Source: Octopus sinensis
Lineage: Eukaryota
Reading direction: 5' to 3'
NCBI RefSeq assembly: GCF_006345805.1
Contig: NC_043002.1
Coordinates: forward strand, 7,440,001-7,504,000
Length of the DNA: 64,000 bases
Shown here: one piece after another, positions 1-11,918 of the stretch
Numbering within the stretch: the stretch's first letter is position 1
Layout of the letters: each line of letters starts with the position of its first letter
Made by a program: the position numbers and the translations under genes
Notes under the pieces: model-generated
What the model saw: the letters and a program-made list of their open reading frames with translations, nothing else
The model's database searches: none
What the model was told of the DNA's origin: nothing

Positions 1-309
1 TGTGCACGCGCGCGTGTGTGTACCTTTGTGTGTATGTGTGTGTTTAAAGGGAGCAAGTATGGTTGAGTAGTTAAGATCAAATTAGAGTTCTTGTATACAA
101 ACCCCTTTCATCCTTATCCATCGTCATAGAAGTTGAGATTTTCACACATACACGGGCACCAACACTTAACATCTATCTGAGGTTGAATCAGCGTGACGCA
201 AAGTGACACAAATCACAGCGTGACGCAAAGTGACACAATCAGCGACACACAAAGTAACTAAGTAGAAACTCTTTCAATTAAAAGCACAATCCAGGCAGAA
301 AGAATGGAG

Positions 310-472
310 TTCTATATTTAAGAGATGAGGAATTATGTACATTATTTACATTTGACAGATATTTGTCATCTTGTTTGTTAACACAACGTTTCGGCTGATA
401 TGCCTTCCAGCCTTCATCAGGTGTCTTGAGGAAATTTCGACCTTGGGTTCTCATTCCTCAGGTATTTTTCGA
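310..472 (-). mobile_element. Short HHR-bearing repeat, probable PLE pseudo-LTR remnant
   Basis: Contains the 380-425 HHR and abuts a long (TTA)n tract; boundaries approximate. Confidence 0.5.
380..425 (-). ncRNA. Minimal type I hammerhead ribozyme (PLE/retrozyme type)
   Basis: Minus strand reads gacac-CTGATGA-a-ggctg-gaaggcatat-cagcc-GAAAC-GTT-gtgtt. Core is intact; stem I gacac/gtgtt; stem II ggctg/cagcc; stem III is reduced to the palindrome ACGT; cleavage triplet GUU. Confidence 0.8.
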
Positions 473-535
<63 letters not shown>

Positions 536-537
536 CA

Positions 538-592
<55 letters not shown>

Positions 593-611
593 CATTATTA
601 TTATTATTATT
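473..611. repeat. (TTA)n microsatellite
   Basis: Direct reading; source of the poly-Y/poly-I ORFs. Confidence 0.95.
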
Positions 612-1127
612 GCCCTTGCACAGGTTCTAACGCTGGTGCTCATTGCAGCTGAGTAAGTTAGGGCAATGATGGATACAGCCTACCACCATGATCAAGAATC
701 GAAACTATGATCTAATGATCATAGCCGCGTATGTCTAATCACATGCACACGCAGGAGTATATAGGCACGTACATAAAGTAAAGAAGCCATTTTGTTTTCA
801 AGAAAGTAAGGAGCGACTCGAGGAAGTATCTAGATACTATTTCTAGCAGTTTGAGCGAGCATGTAGAGGCTCTGTCTTTGGTTCCATAAGGTTAAAGTGA
901 AAGTTGTTTGCCCTGATCGTTTGTGAGAAATAAGGCAAAAATATATGGTGCTTTCCTATTGTATCGAGTAAAATATTGCAATGGTATGAAGTTTGGAAGT
1001 CTTCGATCAACCTGAATAAAATAATGGACAAGTCATTTAACGATGATAGATATGAAATGAGATCGAACCCGGAAAACTATGATTATCACATGAATTTAAT
1101 CATTTGGCTATATTTGCGCTCGTTAAT

Positions 1128-1541
1128 GGCGGCGAACTGGCAGAAACGTTAGCACGCCGGGCGAGATGCTTAGCGGTATTTCGTCTGCCGTTACGTTCTG
1201 AGTTCAAATTCCGCCGAGGTCGACTTTGCCTTTCATCCTTTCGAGGTCGATAAATTAGGTACCAGTTTCGCACTGGGGTCGATGTAATCGACTTAATCCG
1301 TTTGTCTGTCCTTGTGTGTCCCTTCTGTATTTAGCCCCTTGTGGGTAGTAAAGAAATAGGTATTTCGTCTATCGTTACGTTCTGAGTTCAAATTCCGCCG
1401 AGGTCGACTTTGCCTTTCATCCTTTCGGGCTCGATAAATTAGGTACCAGTTTTGCACTGGGGTCGATGTAATCGACTTAATCCGTTTGTCTGTCCTTGTT
1501 TGTCCCCTCTTCGTTTAACCCCTTGTGGGCTGTAAAGAAAT
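1128..1541 (+). mobile_element. tRNA-derived SINE family A, head-to-tail dimer
   Basis: GGCGGCGAACTGGCAGAA A-box-like head, GAGTTCAAATTCC B-box, CCTTTCATCCTTTCGRGGTCGATAAA central domain, AAAGAAATA tail. Second unit restarts at GGTATTTCGTC (1359). TSD tatatttgcRctcgttaa at 1109-1126 and 1543-1560. Confidence 0.9.
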
Positions 1542-2656
1542 TTATATTTGCACTCGTTAAGCACTTCTCCCTTTAAGCTCACATACACAGATCTAGTGCG
1601 TGGGTGTGCGTCTCAAGGGGGAAGTTTTCAAAAAGCCCACACATACATACATACATGTATATATACACACACACACGTGTGAGAGGGAGTACCTAATGAA
1701 TAGCTAAATAATATTCAAATATATTCTAACGTGCCATATTTCCTTCCACTCCATTGGTCACCGGTACTTCAGAAAGAGTAACACCCACCATATAAAGGGT
1801 CAAAGATTTATATACTTACGAGTATGTATATATGTGTGTGAGTGTATGTGCGTGTGTCTGTGTGTGTGAGAGAGAGATAAAGAGTGAGAGAGAGAGAGAG
1901 AGAGAGCGAGGGGCTTAAACATCGAGTTAACCCATTGTGCCCTATCGTCATCAAACAGCTCTATTTTAGTACTACATTGGGTCCATGCTCTATAATTATT
2001 TTGTATTGTTCATGTAAATATTACTCATGTCAAAACGGTCCCTACACTTCTCGTCTAAGTTTTCTTTTTTCCTACACACTCTTCCCACCCCCACCCTCTC
2101 TTTCCCCCCTCTCTCTCTGTTTGTTTCACCATCACACAATTTTTCTTTCTTTCATTGCCATCCCAATTCTTCTCTGACATGACAGAAGACAACAGAAACG
2201 AGATAACCAAACTTATATAAAAATAATACCGGCGCACACCAAAATAAAACAGAGAGAGGTGGAGGAGGGGGTGGAGGAGCGGGGTGGAAGAGAGGGAGAG
2301 AGAGGTGGAAGAGAGGGGTGGAAGAGGGGGAGAGAGGGGTGGAAGAAAATGGGGGAGAGAAGTATAGCACGAAGACATGAAACCTGTTTCCTCCTCCATT
2401 TAACGATTAGAAAAACAATCGGACGAAAAGTTCACCGGAAGAAAACAATTTCTGTTGATCATACCTATATATGTGTGTGCGTGTGTGTGTTTGTGACTGT
2501 GTGTGTGTGTGTGTGACAGACAGGCCGACAGACAGAGTGGCAGAGACAAAGAGGGACGGACTTACAAATTTACAGGGTGTAAGAAGAGGGTGACAGTGAG
2601 ACAGAAGAGATGGAGAGAGAGAGGAATGAAAAATAGAGAGATCATTACCTTACACA

Positions 2657-2700
<44 letters not shown>

Positions 2701-2811
2701 CTCACATACACACACACACATAATTGTAACATGATGAATTTTTGTTATATATGACGTTGGCAGAAATTTCTATTAATAAAATTGTTGACAATTTAGGATA
2801 ACGATCATAGA

Positions 2812-2896
<85 letters not shown>

Positions 2897-3229
2897 GTTG
2901 TTGTTGTTGTTGTTGTTATTAATATTATTATTATTATGTCGGCAGGAAACTTTCATGTTACTCGTAAGTTTTGTTTGTTTTTTTCTGTATTTTAAAAGTG
3001 TATTCTAGAAACTATTTGTTCTTCACTGTTAAACTGGTCAGAATTCTGAGGAACTGTTTGCAGTCACTTATATTAGTATCAGTACTATTAATGACGCTAG
3101 CACCATGCCTAGAAAATGAATCTTGTAACGGTTATGCCAATGTGTTTCCAGTACTAGAATCAGTTACTCTCGCTGCTGGCCTTGAAAAATTTCAAACTGT
3201 TCCTAACCGGATTAGAAAGAAGAGGTATG

Positions 3230-3590
3230 TTGTGATTCCCTTCGGTCATGAATGACCATGGGATTGCACCTAGAAAGTTACCCTCCGAGGCACAAGTCTG
3301 GGCAAGGTTGTTTATGGAAGACCAGCAGTCGCCCATGCATACCAGCCTCCTCTTTCCACGCCGCCGATGTTATCCAAGGGAAAAGCAAAGGGGCCGATAC
3401 AGCTTGGCACCATTGACGTCGCAGCTCATTTATTAATATGCAAGTGGCTGAGCATTCCACAGACACGAGTACCCTTAACTCGGAGTGACACAGAGTGTGA
3501 CAAGGCTGGCCCTTTGAAATACAGGTACAACAGAAACAGGAAGAAAGAGTGAGAGAAATTTGTGCTGAAAGAGTACAACAGGGTTCACCC
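3230..3590 (-). mobile_element. SINE-like repeat fragment(s)
   Basis: GC-richer block. 3530-3590 matches, in reverse, the tgttgtactct...ctctcactctttcttcctg segment of the family C SINEs at 20277 and 55106; the gtgacacagagtgtgaca motif recurs near 190-240. Confidence 0.45.
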
Positions 3591-4159
3591 AAAAAGTTTC
3601 GCGCCTTGTGCCTAGAGTAGAAAAGATTATTTCTATTTCTGCACCTAATAACTGTATGTACATATTCATATGTAAGCACACCTTCGTCTCTCTCTCCCTC
3701 TCCATCTTTCTCTCTCTCCCTCTCCCTCTCTCTCTTTCTTTCTCTCGCTCTCTCTCTCTCCTCTCATACACACACGTACGTAGTATGTATGTATGTATGT
3801 ATGTATGTATGTATGTATGAATGTATGTATGTATGTATGAATGTATGTATGTATGTATGAATGTATGTATGTATGTATGTATGTATGTATGTATGTATGT
3901 ATGCATGTATGTATGTATGTATGCATGTATGCATGTGTGTATGTATGTATGTATGTATGTATACATGTATGTATGTATGTATGTATGAATCTCATACATT
4001 TCCGCACTTATTTATTCAAAGAGGGAAGAGGGGTTAGGCCTCGGGGTCACTGCCTATCAAGACCAGTAATTTCTCTCCTCCTACGAGTCGAGAGTTCATA
4101 TAAACATCTACAATCCCAACCGCTTGTCTAACCTTGTTCATCAGTTAAAGAGAAAAACG

Positions 4160-4190
<31 letters not shown>

Positions 4191-4557
4191 CTAGCAGTAT
4201 CGCCCGGCGTTGCTCGGGTTTGTAAGGGAAATAATTATAAAGCATTTTTAGATAGTTATAGCCAAAAAAATAGCAAAAAAATGGGAAAAAAATGATAGTA
4301 ATTTTTTTTGAGAGTTAAAAAGGTCGAGTTGCATCCCCTAGACAGTCTGTGGTTTGTGTTTCTGATTCTCGACCCCATGTCGAATTTATCGATTTTTTTC
4401 AGAACTGGGGGAACTTTTCAAAATTTTCGCTGCGTTAGTTTTGAATTATGACATTGGGCTATGTGTGTGTCAAGTTTCATCAGAATCGGTTGAAAGCCGT
4501 GGTCAGAGTGAGGGTACAACCTAACAGACACACAGACACGCAGACAGACAAACTGCC

Positions 4558-4560
<3 letters not shown>
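4191..4560 (+). mobile_element. Helitron/Helentron-like non-autonomous element
   Basis: Starts CTAGCAGTATCGCCCGGCGTTGCTCGGG (subterminal hairpin), contains aagtttcatcagaatcggttg and a (CAGA)n-like 3' end, and sits in (TA)n. Same architecture as 42110-42490. Confidence 0.55.
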
Positions 4561-4592
<32 letters not shown>

Positions 4593-4595
<3 letters not shown>

Positions 4596-4918
4596 CAATA
4601 ATAACAAAGGGTAAAATGAATTAATTAACTAGTAATCAATAATTTCACCAAGTAGAATTCGGCATTAAAAAAGAACCATTTCTCGCGGTAAACTTAAGTA
4701 ATATTTTATAATTAGGGTTCAGCAAAGATTTGTTTTACCACATACCGAAGTTTAGAAATAGCAGCCAAAGAACCTTAGCTATTTCTTCTACTTTAAACAG
4801 AGACTCCCGGACAAAAACAAAGCTTTTGTTTTTGATTTTGCTTTTGTCCGGGTGTCTCTTCTTAAAGTAACTTCGGTATGTGGCAAAGCAAATCTTTGCT
4901 GAAGCCTAATTATAATAT
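4593..4918 (-). mobile_element. Structured repeat with partial inverted duplication, probable PLE pseudo-LTR fragment
   Basis: About 4702-4751 is an inverted copy of about 4869-4918; internal hairpin at 4789-4869; (TA)n on both sides; second copy in opposite orientation at 10510-10700. Confidence 0.5.
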
Positions 4919-5202
4919 ATATATATAGACACTAACTGTGCCGTGTCTGACACGCATACATATGGTCTATTTGACTTACAGCTTCTCAGCAAAGCTGGGC
5001 AGCATTTCATTTCAGCTGTGATTTCAATTATCTTTAATAGTTCAATATGCATCAGTTTTTGGTTTGGCTATATTACATCTAAGACTTATATTTATGTTTT
5101 AACACATATTTCTTATAGTCCTTCGTACATTTCTCTTCGCTTCTTATTGCAAAACAACAACAACAATAACATTAATAACAACAACAACAACAACAACACA
5201 AC

Positions 5203-5246
<44 letters not shown>

Positions 5247-6229
5247 TAATAATGGTAATAATAATAATGATAATCTTTTCAATATAGCAGGATTAGATTT
5301 CTAATATACATATATAAGGTTTCATCAGAGGAATTTAGGCATTAAATATGTCCTTTTTCTTGTTGCAGTTTTTCACATCTTAAACAGTGTGTGCATGCTC
5401 CATATCCGTGTAAGTGTGTATTAAGTTGTTTTTTTTCGTTTTTTTTTTTAGCAGAGCGGTTTTATTTTCTGTGTAAGCAGATATAAATAGTATAAAGTCT
5501 ATGTAAGAGCCAATAAGCAAAAATTACATGATGTAAGTCAGTATTTCAATTTTAAAATTGTTGTGTTTATGTGTATGTGCGTGTGTGTGTGTGTCTGTCT
5601 GTATCTGTCTGTGTGTCTATGTAGAAGCAGATGTCAGGTTTCTAGCTATGGGTTAACAGCCATATGTGATGACATTCCATCTGAGTGCGGGTATGCATAA
5701 ATATCCTTGATCGATGTCAAGGCACGTAGTAGAACCACTCTGAGTGAGGGACCCCTAGCCCTTTTCACAGCACCCTTCTAGGAAACTGATAACGATGTAA
5801 AACCTGCAGCATCACCTGACTGACCACTGATCATCTCACTTCGGTCTGTCACTGGGTACTAACCACGGAGACTCAAGTGTGGTGCTTAGGTTGTTCAAGC
5901 ATTTATCACTATAATCTAACGACGTACAGATGTCGCTTTATGGTGACCTCATTATGGTGACTCGTAAGTTCATATAAATTAAGTATTGAGATCTCAAATC
6001 ACTTAAATAGAGAACTTAAAGACAACGCTGATTTCCATTTAATAAACCCACTTTCAGCGATCGAAAACAAACTCTTCCATGAAAAAGAGATGAAAGATAT
6101 AGAAAAGCCGTCTACAAACTTGCAAAGCAATCCGCCTTGGGGTTTCTGAAGGATAAATACTGAAACAATTCCAGTATTTCACTTCGCAGGGCGATACTCA
6201 AATGAATAAGCCGGTTGAGTCCATCAACA

Positions 6230-6635
6230 CCATTGCTCTACACACGGATGCAAAAACCATTGATAAAAAAGAGGATGTGACATCAGTCATTGGATGAAAT
6301 GAGCCTGTTGCTAGTAACAGGTTCTACTGATTTTACAAGGATTTTTTCAAAGAGACGCAAGAAAACTCTCTGAAAACCACTGCAAATATTTTCCAGAGCG
6401 TCATTGCATGAGAAAAAATTTCCCAAAAGTTTAAAGAAAATATATTATGCCCCACCCATAAAAGCCGAAGCAGAGCAGATGCTAAAATTTACAGGCCTAT
6501 CTCTCTGGCTTTACACATCAACAAAGTCGCGGTATCTGTTGTCAATGGTAAACTGATAACGTTCCCAGCAAAAATGACTAACATGCAGCACAGCTTCCGT
6601 CCGGGTAGGAGCTGCCTCACGCAATTACTACAGAA
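6230..6635 (+). pseudogene. Decayed CR1/L2-like LINE reverse transcriptase N-terminal fragment
   Basis: Translates to ...CPTHKSRSRADAKIYRPISL...QHSFRPGRSCLTQLLQ, matching the LINE RT motifs YRPISL and QHGFRxGRSCLTQL; upstream part is interrupted. Confidence 0.75.
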
Positions 6636-6729
6636 TTGTGACTGGTAACTGAAACTGCATTCCATTCGTCTAAATGTGAATGTGATATTTTCCAACTTTA
6701 CGACAATTTCTTACTGGACAACCACACAC

Positions 6730-6965
6730 AGATGATTTGTTTATAGTGACCAAATGTTTGTGTAGATATGAGCTTACTCCCTCCATCACATCGACATTAC
6801 CTGTACAGGTGCAAAGGGTGCCACATGTTACATATCGAAATGATCGCAGAGCAACGTGAAATGAAGTGCTTTGCTCAAGTACACAACACAACACCCAGTC
6901 TGGGAATCGAACCCACTATCTCGCAATGGTGAATGCAACACCTTAACCACTAAGCCATGCACCTT
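6730..6965 (-). mobile_element. tRNA-derived SINE family D
   Basis: Minus strand GCATGGCTTAGTGGTTAAGGTG...GGGTTCGATTCCCAGACTGGG...TTGAGCAAAGCACTTCATTTCACGTTGCT; related to 36300-36549. Confidence 0.75.
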
Positions 6966-7012
6966 CACAATATATATATATATACATACATACATAAATG
7001 CATACATACATT

Positions 7013-7071
<59 letters not shown>

Positions 7072-7072
<1 letters not shown>

Positions 7073-7250
7073 GGGAGAGTTTACGATAAAAACAGAAGAC
7101 GAAGACATATGGTGTGCAAAACAAACAGATGTATTAGTATAACGCTCAGGAATAGAAAAAGTATTTTACGTTTCGAGCCTACGCTCTTCTACAGAAAGGG
7201 ACACAGAAAAAATCAAGGAGAGAAAAAAATTAGTGTAGTGGCTAACGATC
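7072..7250 (-). mobile_element. HHR-bearing short repeat (PLE pLTR/retrozyme-like), copy 1
   Basis: Reverse-complement homolog of 50513-50703; abuts (TA)n. Confidence 0.7.
7161..7202 (-). ncRNA. Minimal hammerhead-like motif with variant core CUGUAGA
   Basis: Minus strand gtcccttt-CTGTAGA-a-gagc-gtag-gctc-GAAAC-GTA-aaatac. Confidence 0.6.
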
Positions 7251-7289
7251 TATCATGGCGACTGATAGATCTAATGCCGAACTTTGGGA

Positions 7290-7430
7290 ATAAAAGCTGT
7301 AACAACCCTCGAACTGGATCCCATTGGCTTGTACCAAATGCCCTACTCTCTCCATTCAGAGTAGGCACTGATACTTTCAATAACTGCAAATTTAGTGGTC
7401 TGTAAATTATTGATGTTGATTTATATAAAA
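7290..7430 (-). pseudogene. Highly decayed LINE RT fragment
   Basis: Frameshifted translation ...YSEWRE...GTSQWDPVRGLLQLLF loosely resembles the SxWxxVxSGVPQGSVLGPLLF RT motif. Confidence 0.35.
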
Positions 7431-8055
7431 AATGCACAAATTTTTATTTGCGATCTCAGATGAACTTATCCCATGGTAAGAAACAGAAATGAATGCAATG
7501 ACATCCAATTCCCTCATTCACCAAAACCAGTCGCAGAGTGAGGGCTGCGGAAATGAAATACATTATAAGTCACGTCAATGATCGAAAAACAGAAGTCAGA
7601 TTTAACCTCTGCAGGATTTGTGCTCAGGAGCATAAAATTCTTGGTCCTGTGGTGAAATTATGAGGAAATATTGCAAAGTGATGGCTTATTTTGGCCGAAT
7701 TGACAAGGAAAAAAATAAAGAAAGAAATAAGAGCTTCTGATTTAGCCACAAGAGCAGCAAGATTGAGTGAATGAAATAAGTCAATTCTACTGCAGAATGG
7801 GACTTTATTTTATTGACTTGAAAGGATGAAACGTAAAGGTGTCCTCGGCGGGATTTGAACTCAGAACTCAGCCAGATGAAATACCGCAAACGATTTCACT
7901 TCAAAATGTCAGCTATATTCTATTCTTTCATTTGATTCAGTCAGTGGATGGCAGCCATGTTGGTGCATGACCTTGAAGGTTTCCGTCTGTCACGCTGACT
8001 CTAGTATTTAAGGGTTTTTAAAAGTTTGGGACAAAATTTTAAAAAACTGTACTCG

Positions 8056-8113
<58 letters not shown>

Positions 8114-8964
8114 ACACACACTTATATATACTATCCACTCGAGGAATTAAAATTTCGTACTGATTCATATTTTCCTTCTCCATATTTTCGTTAATGTTGA
8201 CTTATTGTTGTTGATTTTCTACAAATCTAACAAAAATTATACTTTTTCTTTTTATAGCGAATGCTTGCATGAATAAACTTGAAAAGTGAATTGATTAGGA
8301 TAACATTCAAGTATTTCATGGATAAATAATGCCAACTGATGACCCCTTAATTACTAAAATCTTCCTGAAACATTTAATCAAAGCTTAATAAATTCCAGAG
8401 AAGACGGCAACGAAATATTTTACTTCTTAAAGCAATGGAAACTGAATTGTATGTATGTATGTATGTATGTATGTATGTATGTATGTATGTATGTATGTAT
8501 GTATGTATGTATGTATGTATGTATGTATGTATGTATGTATGTATGTATGCATGTTTGTATGTATGTATGTATGTATGTATGTATGTATGTATGCATGTTT
8601 GTATGTATGTATGCATGCATGTATTTATTTATTTGTGTAAGCATATGGAAGGCTTCCAGGCAGTAAAATTCCCTCAGAAGACATTGGACTATAGTTAAGA
8701 CATTTGGGCCAGTGTGCCACACAGTGTGACCGAACACAAAACCACGTTGCTTTCGTGAGATATTCCTGAGCGTAGACAGCCATACCAGTAAATTTCCTTA
8801 AAATTCAGTACCCTTAAAAAAAAACTGAAAAAAGGGAAGGAATATTGTTTATTCGACGTGGTTATTTGCTAAGAAGCTTGCTTCTCAGGCTCGTGGTCCT
8901 GGTTTCAACCCACTGCATGGCACCTTGGCAAATGTTTTCTACTATAACCTATAATTGTTTCTAC

Positions 8965-8999
<35 letters not shown>

Positions 9000-9000
<1 letters not shown>

Positions 9001-9210
9001 CAGCAAAGTTTAGATTTAGAAGAACATGGTACTTAAGTTAAAGGCACAAGGATTTGGTATAGTATTATCCATATAAATCAAATGGGGTGATTATAATCAA
9101 AATAAGCAACAAGGATATCCAAGGTAGAGTAGTACAACTTTTTCATGCTACTTCATTTTATTAAACCCTGTAAGTATTACATCAGTTATAAAATGTCGAG
9201 CAATCTAGAT
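9000..9210 (-). mobile_element. Diverged relative of the 11116-11355 HHR element
   Basis: Shares atggtac, tggggtgattataa, aagcaacaag and tagtacaa..tttcat, in the same order, with 11160-11290; flanked by (TA)n; core decayed (CTGATGT...GAAAA). Confidence 0.55.
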
Positions 9211-9258
9211 GAAATATATATATATATATAGGGTTGCATTTACAACCCCTATCTCAAT

Positions 9259-9342
<84 letters not shown>

Positions 9343-9681
9343 ATATATATGTATGTATATATCTGTATGTTCGTGTGCTCGTGTCTGTGTTTGTCCACCA
9401 CTACCGCTCGACAACCGGTGTTAGCATGTTTACGTCTTCATAACTTAGCGGTTCTGTAAGAGAGACCGATAGAATACCACGACGCTTCAAAAGATAAGTC
9501 CTGGGTTCGATTTGTTCGACTAAAACTTTTCAAGGCGGCGTCCCAGCAATGGCAGCAGTCAAAAATGACCGAAACAAGTAAAATATAAACGATAAAATAA
9601 TAATGTTGAGCATTGATGTTATTGTTGCTGATACGACTGTTATTGTTATTGAGGCCTTCTAAATTATCTCTTGTCAAAGTT

Positions 9682-10170
9682 CCGACGTTTCGGGCCGTAC
9701 ATGTTACGACAGAGACATCTCTTCAAGGTGTAGTTAGTTGTAAAGTAACAATTTAAAGCAGAACTCAAGTGAATACGGGTTTTAAAAGCCAAAGCCCATC
9801 CTTCACTTAAGTGTTGAAGCAATAAAGAATCCGACTTTATGGTTAACCGCCAGGTCAGCTATACACTGTAATTAACAAATACGAAGGTTGAATATGGTGT
9901 TAAACTAAATGGCGTTGCGCCTGTAATAGTGGGAAAATTAAGTGATTAATAAGCCGAACAGCAGTGTTAGCTGAGAGCTTAAATAGAGCTAGCGTTACAT
10001 ACATTCTATTGAGAAGTTTTAAGTTCAGCAGAGTTGTTTGTCTAACGGGTTGATAGATATGTTCCTTCCTTGCTGGAGTTGAGGTTTCATTATTGTTGTC
10101 ATTCCAGTTGTTGCTGATATTCTTTCTCATAGTATTTAGTATATTTAGTATTTTTCGCCAAAATGTCAAC
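9682..10170 (-). mobile_element. Decayed PLE 3' end (endonuclease C-terminal-like remnant plus HHR-like motif)
   Basis: Frameshifted translation DILAKNTKY...LE...IMKPQLQQGRNISINP resembles the PLE ILxxExxxxxRxxxEAxxIxxxKPxLN tail. About 300 nt downstream lies cc-TTGAAGA...GAAAC-GTC-gg (9682-9728). Confidence 0.4.
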
Positions 10171-10509
10171 AACTAATTAAGCTCTCTCTCTCTCTCCCTC
10201 TCTCTCCTCCTCCCCCTCTCTCTCGCTTCATCAGATGTCGGCTGTCTATCAACTACGACGGACTCTCCAGTCGAAGACGACTTTTGAGCATTCGGCCTCT
10301 GCCGAACGACCGACTCAAATGCTTTGTTTATTGTGATCAAAGGTTCGTGCCGCACCCTAACAACTAGGCCATGCGTCCTGACACACACACATGCACACAC
10401 ACACATACACACACACACATACACACACACATATATATGTATATGTATATGTATGTAAGTACATATACATATACATAAATCAATATATACATATATACAT
10501 ATATATATA

Positions 10510-10700
10510 GTTGAAGAAATAGCTAAGATTTTTGGCTATTATTTCTAAACTTCGGTATGTGGTAAAGCAAATTTTTGCTGAACCCTTTTTATTAAGTATT
10601 ACTTAAGTTTACCGTGAAATGGTCCTTTTTCATACCGAATTCTACTTGGTGAAATTATTGATTACTTCTTAATTAGTTAATTTTACACTTGTTATTATTG
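10510..10700 (+). mobile_element. Second copy of the 4593-4790 structured repeat
   Basis: Reverse-complement match (aaacttcggtatgtggtaaa; ccgaattctacttggtgaaattattgattact); embedded in (TA)n. Confidence 0.7.
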
Positions 10701-10789
<89 letters not shown>

Positions 10790-10820
10790 TGTATGTATGT
10801 ATGTATGATGTATGTATGTA

Positions 10821-10857
<37 letters not shown>

Positions 10858-11024
10858 ATGTGTGTATGTGTGCGTGTATGTATATACGTACACTGACAAC
10901 ATTTTCAAAGCATGAAGTTCGGGTAACGGTCAAGTGAAATTTTCTGCTTCAATATTTCAATAAATATAAAATCAATATTCACCATAGAACACTCTGTCTT
11001 GTTAAAATTCTTTGTGTCTTCACA

Positions 11025-11067
<43 letters not shown>

Positions 11068-11077
11068 TATACATATA

Positions 11078-11117
<40 letters not shown>

Positions 11118-11264
11118 AAAAGCAATAAAGATTCAAGTTAATTTAAATGAATTTACTTGAATATGGTACCTAACTTAGATGCACCAAAAAAAACTATACT
11201 GTTTTAACAATACAGTAATGTGGGGTGATTATAAGCGAGAAAGAAGCAACAAGAATGGATAGGT

Positions 11265-11355
11265 TTTTAGTACAATCGTTTCATACAAGGACAGGCTTTA
11301 TTAAAAGTTGTAAAAATTACAGCATATAAACGTGTCCCGTACTCATCAGCTAAAA
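11265..11355 (-). ncRNA. Mirror copy of the 11919-12009 hammerhead
   Basis: Exact reverse complement within the left arm of the inverted repeat. Confidence 0.75.
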
Positions 11356-11918
11356 TACATGTGAGTTCTTTAGACATCCTAGTGGTTGAGGCTATACTCA
11401 TGAAGTAATGTAGATAATTAAGTAACATAAACAGATTTCCAAAGTTCATTAAAGTTCTTTAAAGATGATGTACAGTCTTATCACAGAATTTTAAAAAAGT
11501 TCTAATAGCATCACAGAGAAGGTGACCTAATCCATAGAGCACAAATGAATTTCCAGAGATATGATGAGGGATTACATACTCACAGAAATTGTGCATCTAT
11601 ACAAAGGATTAATTCACCCTCTCTGTAATGCTAATAAGCAGGAATTGAGACCCACCTCGTTGTGATTAACAATGGATAAATTTGCCTTCTGTGAGTATGT
11701 AATCCCTCATCATATCTCTGGAAATTCATTTGTGCTCTATGGATTAGGTCACCTTCTCTGTGATGCTATTAGAACTTTTTTAAAATTCTGTGATAAGACT
11801 GTACATCATCTTTAAAGAACTTTAATGAACTTTGGAAATCTGTTTATGTTACTTAATTATCTACATTACTTCATGAGTATAGCCTCAACCACTAGGATGT
11901 CTAGAGAACTCACATGTA

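Noticed and set aside
3300-3420. Possible HDV-like ribozyme in a GC-rich repeat (also considered 5700-5830 and 34500-34640)
   Set aside because: I could not assemble the nested double pseudoknot by eye; a descriptor search would be needed.
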